From Mytilus trossulus (taxonomy: Eukaryota), in assembly GCF_036588685.1 (NCBI RefSeq), contig NC_086376.1, positions 40,548,001 to 40,612,000 on the forward strand: DNA of 64,000 nt, read 5' to 3'. Below are positions 37,858-52,100 of this stretch, in pieces. Position 1 is the first letter of the stretch. Each line of letters starts with the position of its first letter. The position numbers and the translations under genes were made by a program. The notes below the pieces were generated by a model. The model ran no database searches and was not told where the DNA came from. It saw only the letters and a list, made by a program, of their open reading frames with translations.

Positions 37858-39700
37858 TTACAGTAAGTAACCAGAAAAGTAGGAGTACTGTTTTTGAACA
37901 TTATATTTGCTACCACTTTTAACATAAACATGATCTCCTTTATCCAGATCCATTATCACACTTTTAGTTTGTGATCCATAATTGGTATTAACAATATAAC
38001 CTCGTAGATAAATACTGCTATTCTTCATCAAGTAGAAGTATTTATTTCCAGCCCTATTGACCTGAATCGTACATGAAAAGTAGTAAAGGCCATCCCTTGG
38101 TGCTGTAAACTCTCCAGTGTACAAGTTGTAGTTGTTTCCTTGATTCACTTTAACTTCATCAAATTTGAAAACATAGTTAACATTTACTCTTATATTGGTC
38201 TTAAGGATAGCTGTAAATGCTGTTCTAGTATTACTATCTGAAAAAATAAATATAAAATGAAACATTCCATGAAACATGACACAGAAAGTCTTGAATTGTG
38301 AAACACAAACATCGCATTAGACAGAATGTTAAAGTCTATTTATAGATCAAAGGGAGCAGCATAATTATGGAAGAAAAAAATCTGTGTCATTTGTAGTATT
38401 TTAATATTTGCATTGCCAAATGGTGTTATTTTAATTGCTTGTCATTATAGTATACATCTTTTGTAGTTTGTGTGTACACTGCATGCCGGGGATCTTTGAT
38501 TTTTTAAGCACAGTTGTTTAGGTATTTTCTCCCTGTAATTTTTAAAAGGAAGTGACAAATATCTGATTATGAAATATAAATAATAACCTTTGCATTCACA
38601 TTTACTGGAGGAACTTAGTTTCTTCATCAATGTATGGAAAAGATCCTCTGTTATAGATATGGTTTTACCTGTTAAAAAAAAATCTGTGAAATACAAGATA
38701 TATGAAACAAACCAACATGTCATATCAAATAGATAATTCTATAATTTATATGCTCACAGTTTAATATTATACCTCACTGAAAACTGGAGGCTATATTGTA
38801 ATTATAGGTTATCTCAGTCTGTCCCTTCATCTGCCGTCAGTATATTGTCCATCTGTTTTTCTGTCCATTTGTTCTTACATCAAATATGTTTATCATACTT
38901 TTCTAAGGAACCAGTTAACAGAACAAACAAAAACAATGTAGAAAACTACAACTGAAAATCATGAAACAGCTCCATGTTTATCAGACAGTTTAGCACTGTT
39001 TTTGACATTTCAGGACCAAGTTAAACCAGTACCTGCAAGTTTCCCTACCTTTTTCTGTTGCTTTGTAGTAAATATGAGTATATGATAAATTTTATTTAAC
39101 AAAAACTCTAGGTCTGGAGAATACAGAAACTGTCCGCAAGTAGGCGAATTTACCCTAGTGTTTGAATACACATTTTGATATATATATTTATATATATATT
39201 ATTTGTTTTTAATATATAATATATATTTAATAAAGCTTACTGTACTATGGAATTAGTGAAAGTACAAGTAATGAGTATTTTTCAACATAAAAGACCAGGA
39301 TACAAACCAAATGAGTTTAGACTGACAGGCCAACAAGACTGTGCCTGGGAAGACTTTGGTATTGATGACTAGACTTGACTATATATAGATTTAGTTGTTC
39401 TCAACTCATATTTTTGAAAAGGATATAAATTCAATTCTGTTCTTTTGTTTTAATTATTTTTTTTCATTGAATCAACCTAAAATGCAAAAAAGGTTAATAT
39501 AAAGGTTAATTTTTGGTCAGGTTATAATTCCAATAGGTCAGGAAAGTTTGGCGTGTTCTTATCCTATTTGGTAAGTTGAACAAAAGATTATTGCAGAAGC
39601 CCTGAGTAAAATCCCTGATAAGTAAAATTCTATTATTCTGAGTGAGTAAATGTATACCAAATGTCCCCATCAAAATAAGAATAATACCTAATAGTATCAT
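37858..39700 (-). CDS. Secreted globular-head C1q domain-containing protein (about 167 aa)
   Basis: Exons 39700-39658 (MILLGIILILMGTFG, signal-peptide-like), 38668-38588 (KTISITED...KCECK), 38237-37858 (AFTA...FKFDEVKVNQGNNYNLYTGEFTAPRDGLYYFS...LDKGDHVYV...FSGYLL*), joined by phase-1 GT-AG introns; AATAAA just after the stop. The C1q exon is secure; the two upstream exons are less certain. Confidence 0.82.
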
Positions 39701-40861
39701 CAGAAAACGAAATGGACCTACAAAAAGTTAATAAAGAATACAATTACATTTTATTATAACAACAATTAGATTTGAAATTGTTTGATTATGACCCTCCTAT
39801 AATAGCTCATTTTGTTGAGCAATTTCAGTGGTGGATCCAGAACTTTTCCTAAAGGGGGGGCCTGCTCCAGTCTTGCTTCAATGATTCCCTATATAATCAA
39901 CCAAATTTTTCCCACGAAAGGGTGGGGGCCTCCCTGGATCGGCCTATGAATCTCTGCATCTGTCAGTCCAGTATCATATAAATGTTTGGTTCAGATCGAG
40001 TAGTTTGTGACTTAGATTTTGACTAAAATTTTGATTGAATATAAGGGAGCTGAAGCAAAGTGACCTGAGGACACATTTTTTTTTTTATTGAAATAACTAC
40101 AAATATTAATGGGAAAAGTTGCAATGTACCATCGAACAAAAAGTGTCACACAAAAGGGGAAACAATTCATAATTTGATAAAAAGAAGGAATCTGTATTAG
40201 TTAAATTTGCCTACCATGTCCAGGATTATAATTTCCTTCTACATCTAGAAAATTTATCCTGAATATTATTATTGCAAGAACTAAATACCACATCATTCTC
40301 ACTCTTTGACATGGTTCTATTGAAGAATTTAATTTGGTATATATATATTTTTTTAGAAAATATACCATGACATGCATGACTGTTACATGTTGCAATTGAT
40401 ATTGATTGAAAATGGATCCTGGTAATTATCTTCTATTACATGCAATTTTTTAGAAAGAGAACTCTTTACAACATATTCAATCCTTATATGTAGAGAACTA
40501 TTTTAACTTACTTCTTCAAGTTATATTTAGACTGTATCGTATGTATGTATCACTTTTCAAATGAAAAAAAGATGTACGTATCTTCATTTCTTCTTGTTCT
40601 ATATTCTACCTATTCCCAATAATTTGTAAGCTTTTTTTTCTGGTGTTGACTATCAGACAAGGAAAGTTCAGCACTCCTTGACAAATGAGAATGATGAAAA
40701 GATTTATATTGATCAAGTCTTAGTTGTTGAGTAGATAAAACTGATTCCTCATCTGTCATTCTAAAAGTCCTCTGTATGTTTTCTAATGGAATACATTAAT
40801 TGAAACCACTGAAAAACAACTTTGAGATTATTAAATTTTACTATATGTTCTTGTAGATGCA

Positions 40862-42278
40862 TTTTTATACGACCACAAAAAAATTTCATCGTCATGGTTC
40901 ACGGCGTCTGTACACTTAGTTTCTTGACAATAACTTTAGTTTAAGTGTATGGATCTCTATCAATTTGTGGGTGTAATGGCCCCAACTGTTTAGGAATAAG
41001 GGGCCAACAAAAATATAAGTTTAATACTTTGTATAAATTGCTTATTTCTTGGCCAGTTTTAAAAGGGTTTTATTCTTAAATTATTGGGGTTCTTTGATTA
41101 GCCGAATTTAACTGTGTATTTATATTTCTGTCCAGCCTGCAACTTAGAAAGCTTGACATAGGATAGTGATCCGGGGGCAGCTGCGTTAGCTAACTTCTTT
41201 ACAGCTTTATATTTTAGAAGGTAGAATACCTCGATGCTTCATACTTTTTTGCAAGGTCCTCATGCCCTTTGGCCTGTTTTCGCTTGATCTCGACCTCCTT
41301 ATATATAATTCAGTGGTTATAGTTAAGTTTTTGTGTTTTGGTCTGTTTTTCTTATACTGTATACATTAGGTCTAATATAGTTGGTGTATGGAATGATTAT
41401 AATGTGTACAATGTGTCTCATTGGCACTCACACCACATCTTCCTTTATCTATGTCTAGCTGGCAGGTGTCATCTGACCTTGACCTCATTTTTATGGTTCA
41501 GTGGTCAAAGTTAAGTTTTTGAGATATGTCTTTCTTCTAAAACTATATGCAATAGGTCAACTGTATTTGGTGTATGGAAATATTTTACGATCTATATGTC
41601 AATCGAGCAGGTTTTATTTCACCTTGACCTCATTTTCACTGTTCATTGCTCTGTGTTAAGTTAGTTTTTTGGTCTGTTTTTCTTAAACTATAAACAATAG
41701 GTGAACTATATTTGTTGTATGGAAGTATGTTAGCTGTACATGTCTGCCTGGCATGGTTCATCTGACCTTGACCTCATTGTTCATTGGTCAAGGTTTAGTT
41801 TTCTAGGTCAAAGTTAAGTTTATGTGACAGTTGTAATAAAGCCTTAAATTTTGGACTGTGAACATAATATCAATTATTAGTAAACAATGGTTATGAAGGT
41901 GAGACATTTCAGTGTGTGCACTCTTGTTAATTTTTGGGGCCCTTTAACAAATTGGTCTACATTAAGGTCTAAAGGGTCCAAAATTAAACTTAGTTTGATT
42001 TTAATAAATATTGAATTCTTGGGGTTCTATGATATGTTGAATCTAACTATGTTTCCAGATTTCAAATATTGGAACATAATAGGTAAATGTATAATATATA
42101 ATTTCTAAGCTCTTAGACAACATCCATTCTGTATCAGAAACCTATGCTGTGTCAAATATTTAATTTCAATTCAAATTCAGAGCTGTATCAAGCTTGAATG
42201 TTGTGTCCATACTTGACCCAACTGTTCAGGGTTTAACCTCTGCAGTTGTATCAAGCTGCCCCTACAGAACATTTTATT
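40862..42278 (+). mobile_element. HINE family C containing a nested family-B HINE
   Basis: TTTTTATACGACCAC start; homology to 36871-37560 on both sides of the 41125-41928 insertion. Confidence 0.6.
41125..41928 (+). mobile_element. HINE family B (internally deleted)
   Basis: Same termini (GTCCAGCCTGC ... GAGACATTTCAGTGTGTGCACTCTTGTT) and central repeats as 13171 and 35276. Confidence 0.75.
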
Positions 42279-43188
42279 AACAAATATTTTGAAGTGCCAG
42301 ATGACAATCCCCTAAAAGGCAAATACCAGCTCATATCCTGCCAAGCTAGCTATGTGTCTTCAGAAAATCACTGAGCAGGTAATGCCAGCTTTGAATTTCA
42401 TCCCAGGTTAACAAACATATCTTGATGTGTCCTTGAACATTACAAAAGGTTGTGTACAAACCAATTCTTTCCTGTGAAGCAATCTCCCAACTTGCATACA
42501 ACAATATAAAGGGACATAACTCAAGAACAGTAAAAGTGATGTTTACCAAATTTGTATTTGATTTGAGTTTTGTGGTAATATGCATTATGTATAAGTTTCA
42601 TAACATTTGGTTGATTCAAATTTAAGTTTGAAATCAGAAACAAAAATTCCACAATTTTTATATCTGTAAAGGGGCATGACTCTGGAAAGGTAAACGTGAC
42701 GCCACCAAAATTCTAACTTGGTTTGTGTATTGCTGTCATAAGCATTGTGAATAAGATTCCTAATGTTTAGTTGAGGCAAATGTGAGTTATAAAATAGACA
42801 CATAAAATTCAGCAATTTTTCAATTAGTAGCTTGACATAGCTCTAGAGGATGGTAAAATCAACACCACCTTAATTCAAACAAGATTTATGCTTTGTGATC
42901 ATGACAAAAGCAATGTGTTTAAGTTTTATAACATTTGGTTCAAGCAGACTATAGTGGACACCACCTTATTTCAAACTTGATTTGAGTTTTGAAGTAAGAA
43001 GCATTGTGTACAAGTTTCATAACAATTGGTTGAGGCAAATTTAAGTTTTTTTTGTCTTTGTACTTGCCCTGTGACGTTTAAATAAAAGTGAACAACAGAA
43101 AATGTTATCAGGCCACATTATCTATACATCCATGTTCACATCACTTATTAGAATCAACAACAAATAGAAAAGTAAAATGTAATTTTTA

Positions 43189-46100
43189 TTATTCCATATC
43201 CTCATCTTCTTCATCCTCCTCTTCCTCTGATGTGACGTCTGCTTGATCTGCTTCAGACAGACACTTCACACAACCACAGGTAAATAGGTAATTCTCTCTG
43301 AGGAAGATATAATTTATACTTTTAAATGATATCAAGAAATGTGTACAATACATTTGAATGAATCACACTTAAAATCCAATACAAACATAATTTTTTGGGG
43401 CCCTTTAAAGCTTGCTGTTCGGTGTGAGTCAAGGCTCCATGTTGAAGACCATACCTTGACCTATAATGGGTTACTTTTATAAATTGTGACTTTGAAAGAG
43501 AGTTGTCTCATTAGCACTCATACCACATCTTCCTATATCTAATAGTAAATACTGCTGTTTTAAATTAGATGAAACTTCTTAAATCCAATTTATTCATTAT
43601 ATAAACAGAGTCTATGAGAAAGAATTGAAGACATCTCAATGTTATATCATATTATGATCACCACTTAAAATTGGGAATGTTTCATAACTTTTAAAATATG
43701 CAGTCCTTAATAAGGTATTTCCACTTTTTAGTTGAAAGTCCTATTAGTATTGTTTTGAGTTTTTTTCTTTCACCATTTCTTTTTTCTTCCACTGTATTTT
43801 TGTTTCAAAGATGTGGCTGATATTTTTGGTATACATATAACATCATCAGGAATTATCTGGAAACCATCTGTCTTCGGACAACAACAACAACATGATACCA
43901 ATATACGATTATAAAATGTTTTGGCGGTCATAGAAAATGTATCTCAGTCATTTGACTAGAGGATATGTCTCCTAGATAAATAGCTGAAGAGAGTAAGATT
44001 ATTGCCCTATGATTCCAAACTCTGCTCTTAAGTAGCATTAAGAAGAAGTTTTGCCTTCTGGATCCCAATGAACATGATTTTGATATGTTGCTATTTTCTC
44101 AGTGTTTTAAAAGTAAGCTCCACCTGAACTTTTATTCAAGGTTCCAATTCATTCAAAATTAACATGTCCTCATTCTCAATGAAAATGAAAGATACCAACT
44201 TGATGTCAAACATTCATCTATCAATCAAGTTTAAAAACATGACTAAATTTTAGTTTTCCAGGGATTTGTATACAAAATTACAAAATTAAGACTTACTTTA
44301 AATATTTCTGTCTACTATGCCTACTTCTGTTAACATCACAATCACTCAAGTAGCAGGTGCAAATTTCCTATGAAAAAGGAAAAAGTTTACATAATAAGTT
44401 GGAAATAAAAAGCTAGATAATTTCACAATTGAGTATGATTAGGTCTGTTCCAGTGGTACAAAAGTACACCATTGAATAAATGGTAAAGTAAATTAACTCG
44501 AAGTCAGATTTTAATATCGAAAGTCAAAAACAATTTTCCAACACCTGACTACCCAAAAAAATCAAAATTCTTAGCATTGTTACAACCAATAGTTGGTATT
44601 TTTTGTTGTAAGAACCACCCTTTTATATATTCTTATCACCTTTTTTTTAATTTATTTCATTCAATATTTTGTCATAAACAATTTAGTTTTTCCATAACTG
44701 TGTGGAAATTAATTGGTTTTCTGTTGTTTTACTGTTATATAATGAAAATATAGCTTTAAAAATATATGGACCACCACACAAATAATTCTTAATGGGAGAC
44801 TACTGAAATCTAGACCCACTTTGTCCTGGAATAGGCAAATCCATCTTGTAAGGGAAGCAGCTATATATTGATCATTATAGACATAAGAAAAACATTGTCT
44901 TTTAAGAGAAAATAAGAATGTGTTAATAGTATATGCATGTCTGTGGAAAGGACAATTTTTTTTAAGCACTTACATTTTGATATGTTTTGTTTACTACAAA
45001 AAGCAAATTACAAATGTAAGCGGAGAGTAGTTTGATGACTTACCTCCCCTTGACTGATATTTTCTTTAGCTACCATGACTAACTTATGGTTGTTGTTTGG
45101 AAAAGTTATTTCTGCATTTGGTATGCAACTGTGGTTACCTGAAAAAAGACAAAGTATACTGTGGATTCATTTTTATTCGTGGTATACCAATTTTCGTGGT
45201 TTTCGTGGGTCACAGCAAACCACGAATTTAAGAATTCAACGAAGAATAATCCCGATAAATGTGTATGAAGTCGGATGTTTATTTCCGGTTATGGTATGCA
45301 GTTTTAGTATAGTGTTGACTAGCGATAAACATTATAACATAAAACGTGTTTTTTATTAAAAGAAGATACAAGTGTTTTAATTAAATCAATAAAAAATATA
45401 TCCAATATCAGTGATAATTTACTTTTTAAAATTGATTAAAACTGTTCATGGAAAATAACTGCAAGTTGTTAATTACCGTGTCATAGTTTGGTTTACAAGT
45501 GATTAAAATTCAATAGGATTAAGTACGGGGATATTGCCCATAGGTAATATTGTTTATGACAGGAACATTCATTTTCACACCTTTTACTTATATGACTGTT
45601 TATTATATCGTGATTAGGGAAATGAGCTTTCAATCATAAATTTTTGATTGTCTTATAGAATCCCGACAAGCATTTATAAATTGTATATCAAACAAATAAT
45701 CAGTTGTCTTTGTCCATTATTGTAATAGAAGTTTTCAATGAACACTTTAACCTAAAATGACCAAGCGAGGATTTTGACAATTCAAAACTTTTTCAATGAA
45801 TTCCTTCTTTTTTGTTTGTTTTATTATTGATCAAACCAAGGAGGTTATATGAGCTTCTAAATCAAAAAGAAATACACGAATTAGGCATCTGATTTTTTTT
45901 TCTTTTGTAGTCAGCGATCCACGAATTTACGTATACATTGTACCATGAAACGTCTTTTTTTCTCTATCCACGAAAATTGATACCCACGAAAATAAATGAA
46001 TCCACAGTAGATCATTAAAATATCACACCTTAGGTAAGGGTGGATGGTTGACAGGGGAAAGCAAACATAGGAAACTAATGGTAGAAAACAGGGGGAGGAA

Positions 46101-49100
46101 AGCAGGAATCAAGGGAAGAGGTGTGGTAATATTATTTTAGTATTTTACAGGTACATAAAGTGTTTTTTGATCAATTGTTGTCAGGCAGTTGATGGGTAGG
46201 AAAGTGGGAATCAAGAACCCCCTATCCACGCCTCTTAGAAAGTGTTAATGTTTCAATAAAATTCCTGCATATGATACAAATTTATAAGCATTTTTTAGTG
46301 AATTGAACATTAAATATAAATTAATTAATCAATGCACACAAAACTTACATCTTTACCATTAATTTTCATCTAAATTGATATATTTTTAGGATATTAAAGT
46401 TTATATATTAACTAAAGATCTTTGTATCAACATTACCGGTAGTATGATTTAAACAAATTGTCATATATTTACTTACATGTACTTTGAAGTTGATATAAGC
46501 CAGAACCTTCACAGTCCAAGAATGTCCCAGATACTGAAATCAGAATTTTACCAATATTACAAAAATTTCTAACTGGAGTTGATTTTTTTAAGTATTACTA
46601 CTGAGGGGCAAGCTGCACCAGGAATGAATGATGCAGCCACCCCCTGGATATGTATAAATCATCACCTGTTGCCATATTTAATGATTTAACAAGTTCATAC
46701 CTGTCAACCTGTGACGATGAAAATGCAGGTCATGACCTGCATTGAAGAATCAAATCTCAGGTCATAACGCGTACAAACTTTTTCGAGCTGAACTTGAAGT
46801 TAGAAAGTTAGATAATAACCTCTTTGAATTTAGTTTTTGTTCCCTATGTTTTTTAATCTATGCAAGAAAGACACTCATAAGTAGTCAAAGTAAGAGCTTA
46901 AAATGATTATTAACTAAAATAACACTGCCATGTAATCATAATCAAATCATATGATTCAACCATGATTAAGTAAAGTTAAAATGAAGAAGCATTACTGTAT
47001 ATTCTGAAAAAAACTTCATACTTCTGGACTTAACATTTTTTTTATAAAAACAAATAAAAGCTTATTTTACTTAACAATATTGAAAACAATACAATGCAAC
47101 AATATAGAAAAAAATAAAAATAAAAAAAATATTGAACAGCCGTAATCCCCCCCCAGCTTGAGTAAACAAGAAGGTTCTAACAGAGAGTTACATGTCATTT
47201 CAGATCTGTATCTGATATAATAACATCTTAAAATAACCATAAATTGGCATAATTTATATGATTTTTTATTTGATCTACTGTCTACCAGTGCAATCAATGA
47301 CTGCAAATGATCTTCAGGGGGCTCGCGTGTCTTAATCAATTTTTTTTATTTAATATAGGATTTCACTATATTTTTCTATAAATGAACTTTATCTTACACT
47401 TAATAGAAAGATGAAATAAAACAAGAACTATCTTTAAAAAAGATATCTGACGTATTTAAATTTGAGTATATGTTAAAAACTATCATTTCGATAACACCAA
47501 AACCCTGCGGAAATCTCATATGCGAAGGTGTGTTCTAAAAGTCATGTACGTTCATACAACAAAGTTTACATTGAAAATTATATAATTGTCCCGAATGAAA
47601 AGCTGTCATGGATGCAAAGAGCTATTTGAGAAACAATTATTTTAATAAAAATATAAATCTTTGTAAGATCTAGTTCAAATATTTATAGTTTTTCACTTGC
47701 TTTCCATCACGATATAATTAACGAGACATTTTTTTTCAAACACAACCAAATCACCTCTCATGACAGCATTTTGTCCAATCACAGAAAGGATTTTCGAGCA
47801 TGCATATTCTGTTGCCATAGTTAAGCGTCCTAAAGTTCAAAGGGCACAAACCGAAACTATACTGACTACATTGGAAAAATGGGGTCACTGTTCATTTACG
47901 CTCACATTCTGCCTTCGAAAGAAGAATACAATTTTGTTAATGTCCTTTTTTTCTGTTGAACTAATAGGAGAAATAGCTATAATAAAAAAAGAACTAAATT
48001 ACAGAAATCTCTTCAATTTTACAATATTTAGTTTATGTACAGTTTATTCGAAAACAACAATAAAAATATAGGTCACTGATGAGTTAAATAGATATTTCAA
48101 TTTCGATGCCAAAAATTTTTTTTTGTAACATATGATAAAGTATCAACTACTATAGGTAATTAACAAAATTTATAATGAAAAATAAATGTTTTATTTTTTT
48201 CTGAAAATCTTATACCCATCAGCCTCCTTAAATAGTTTTTTTTTAAAAAGTCTTCCTTTATTTCTGAATGTTTTGTTTTTTTAATTCATCTTACCTTTAT
48301 CCATATCGTCATAAAGTTGATCAATAAAAGCATCCAGTTGTTCTTTCTCTTCGTCTGGTATGGCTAAATCTTCACAATTCTTCACCCATACACTTATAGA
48401 ACTGTAATAACAAATTTTTAATTATTCTCTAATCCTTTTAGTAGTTTAGTGTACAAGGTTAAAAAGATAAGTCAAAAAAATAACCTGACAATGCCATGTA
48501 AATAAATTGTGTGTGGAAAGCTTCTGCTGAGATGTGACAATCCATTAAATTAACTAACTTATTCTCTGAAAAGCCTGGTTGTGATCTTTATGATCAAGAA
48601 GATGCACACATACTTCCCCATTTTCAGAACCAGATAACAGGAAGTGAGAGTGTAATGAGGGTGGTGAAGGGGGGTGCTTGTTAAAAAAAAATGTGAAATA
48701 AGACATAATTTCACGTTGAACGTGAAATAATTTCTGTAATGAACGTTGCAAGAAAAATAATTACTGTCTTCTTTTATATATTAACTCTTTGTTTTACTTG
48801 ATTTTCTCGATTTAGTATATACATTCATGATATAATTAGTTTACGGCTTTTAAAAAAGTATTTCTTGGCGATCCATGCCAAGTGTTTGAATTTTATTTGA
48901 AAAATAACAAGCACGCAAAATAAGACTTTGAAAATCACGATGCACGTAAAATTAAATATTAAGCAGAACATGTTGAAAGGGGCACCGATCTTGCACGACT
49001 GAACGTCAAATAAAAAAGTAAAAACACGTTGAACCTCAAATAAAAAAACGTCTATCACGTTGCATGAAATTAACCCTTAACCTCCCTCTGTTATGATTTA

Positions 49101-52100
49101 AAAAGTGCCCACACCGTACAAAACAAATCTCTTCAGAATTGTTTTACATTGACATTTCAGGGCTTTTTATAGCAGACCAAAGTCACCATGTGGAATGGGT
49201 TTTGCTCGTTGTTAAAGGCCAAACAGTGACCTATAGTTGTTTATTTCTGTGTCATTTGGTCTCATGTGAAAAGTTGTCTCATTGGCAATCATAACACAAC
49301 TTTTTTTTTATATCTATTAAGATTCTGCCCAAGTATTAAATCCCTTTGTTTTGAAAACATGGAAATATTATGTGTGACAAAAAAATATCAAGATTACTAA
49401 ACATATAGGGAAGTTATTCCAAACTGATGCCTTCTGCTGTGTGAGATTGATAGATTCTTTAAAAAATGACAAAATTCTTAAACAAGTTCATCTGGCAGAC
49501 TTGTCTTATAGATCCTACATAAAATAACTTATTTGTTATTTGTTAATTATGAATATTCATGAAATAAATGCAACTTAACATTGAGCAAAAGATGTGCAAT
49601 CAAGCAATATAATTCAATTATCCTAAAATTTTAATAACTTAACATTGAGCAAAAGATGTGCAACCAAGCATCATAATTCAATTATCCTAAAATTTTAATA
49701 ACTTAACATTGAGCAAAAGATGTGCAATCAAGCATCATAATTCAATTATCCTAAAATTTTAATAACTTAACATTGAGCAAAAGATGTGCAATCAAGCAAT
49801 ATAATTCAATTATCCTAAAATTTTAATAACTTAACATTGAGCAAAAGATGTGCAACCAAGCATCATAATTCAATTATCCTAAAATTTTAATAACTTAACA
49901 TTGAGCAAAAGATGTGCAACCAAGCATCATAATTCAATTATCCTAAAATTTTAATAACTTAACATTGAGCAAAAGATGTGCAATCAAGCAATATAATTCA
50001 ATTATCCTAAAATTTTAATAACTTAACATTGAGCAAAAGATGTGCAATAAAGCATCATAATTCAATTATCCTGAAATTTTAATAACTTAACATTGAGCAA
50101 AAGATGTGCAACCAAGCATCATAATTCAATTATCCTGAAATGTTAAACTATCTTGTTTTTACAATCATACCTAGACCCTATTCCTTGCCCATTTGTACCA
50201 ATCAATGCAAATAGGGATCGGAATCCTTCAGGTGTAAACCACTGAAAAAATAAAAAAAGAACCTATGTTAGCATGCCTAATGAAAATTAAGGAGCATGCT
50301 CACAGACCCCCTGTCCCTGTCAAAGACTTATAAATCCTTGTGGATATGCATATCTTCATATTACGTCCTCATTAAATACAAAGTATCACAAAAATCTGTT
50401 GTGTAGTTTCAGAGTTACTATTCTGATAAATGTTCCAGTAGTATATTTCGTTAAAAAAACTAAGGTTAAAGGGGCATAACTCCTAGAAAAAAACTTGAAT
50501 CCCAATTTCCTGTCAAAGTACAAAACAACATAGTATGTCCTAATACAAAGTTTCAGGAAATTATGTTGTGTGGTTTCAGAGGAGTTGTGCTGACAAATTG
50601 CTGCAGTTGTATAATAAGGTCAAATTTCTAAGTTCAACAAAAACAGAAAAATAAATTAAATCATAATTTCCTGACAATGTGCACATCTATATTGTATGTC
50701 CTCGACTCCTTATTATCTACAAAGTTTCATCAATTTGTCTTGAGTGGTTTCAGAGGATTTGTGAAGAGAAGAACAGGACTGATGACCGGGTTAAAAACTT
50801 AATACTTGCACAAATTATCTGTTTTGTATATAAAAACTTGGAAGAAACAGGCTCAAGAGTTTCCTTTTTTTGAATAAAGATGTTATACAGGCAATCACTT
50901 AAGTAACTATTATATAAAAACACCAATATATTTTTCAAATTCCAAGTTTTTTGTTTATTCCGAGTCTAATTGAACTTGTGCCCTTTTTTCAAAGAAAGTA
51001 TTAATCTTCCGCAAACCCTTTTCCCTGTGACATTACAACTTTAATATATGCCCATCATCTATCCTGGTGAACCCAATTTTGCAGAAAATACCTATTGTTT
51101 TTATTTTTTTTCCCCTGTTGTTGAGTATTATAATTTGTAGTTCACCTTTAGCCCCTAATCTACAGATATAAGTACCCCACTTAAAATAATAAATCCACAG
51201 TATATAATACAATTTTTAGAGATTTTACCTGGGAAACATTTTCTTCAAAAATAAAATCGGCAGTCATCTGTCTTAGTAATTCAAGTTGTTCCTAAAACAA
51301 AAGATAAAAATTTAAATAATCTTTTCAAATTTTAAAGTTTAATGAACTACATAAACGTATATCCTTTTTTTATTTTGTGTTTGAAGAAAACTACAAGGAT
51401 ATGTTGCTGATGCTATATCTTTATTCATGTCTGTTGAATTGGGACATTTTATAAATGTCCTGTGCTTTGCGATCATTTCTCAAGCTGAAGGCCAAATTTT
51501 GATCTATTGATGTCTATATTTGTTAGCACATTTGTTTTATGTCAATAGAGTCTCACTGACATTTACCCTCAAACCTTCTATCCTTCTTATCATTAGTATT
51601 ATATCAAGTAAAAACGAATGTTCTTGACTAACAATGCATTAACTAAATGTAATTATCTGATACTGAACTATCAAGAAGTTAATGTATAATTTACCTGGAA
51701 CTGTTTACCAAGAAGTTTGTGCACAATTTCATCTTCCTCATTTACTGTGTTTTTTACAAATTGTGAAAATTTCTGTAAAACTGTTGACTTGTCTTTTGCC
51801 TATTTAAATGAGAACAAATTAAATCATGTCTAAGTTTATACAAAGAACCATCAGATAATTTTTATCTAATCGTCAAAGACATCATTAAAAAAACTTAATG
51901 TTCCATTCTCCTAGAAGCAGAGGAATAAAAAGTAGGAGATGTACAACAATATACATAGGGTACTAAATGATCTAGTCAAATTAAGTTCCAATTTCTATAA
52001 TAACGTAAAGGAAAATGTTATGATGTTATCCAAGTAAGATTTCTTCAATTCCTATGCTGTACAAAATGTAAAATGTAGATGATTTTGAATTACCAACTAC

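Noticed and set aside
38772-38830. Alternative C1q first exon with an in-frame TGA (possible selenocysteine)
   Set aside because: All frames contain stops, no SECIS is evident, and 39700-39658 gives a clean signal-peptide exon in the right phase.
40511-40760. Minus-strand exon-like block (MTDEESVLSTQQ...) with a GTAAGT donor
   Set aside because: Frames terminate before the donor and have no recognisable homology; at most a 5' UTR exon of the C1q gene.
49572-50141. CRISPR-like array
   Set aside because: Units are contiguous near-identical 64-mers with no unique spacers, inside a eukaryotic intron.
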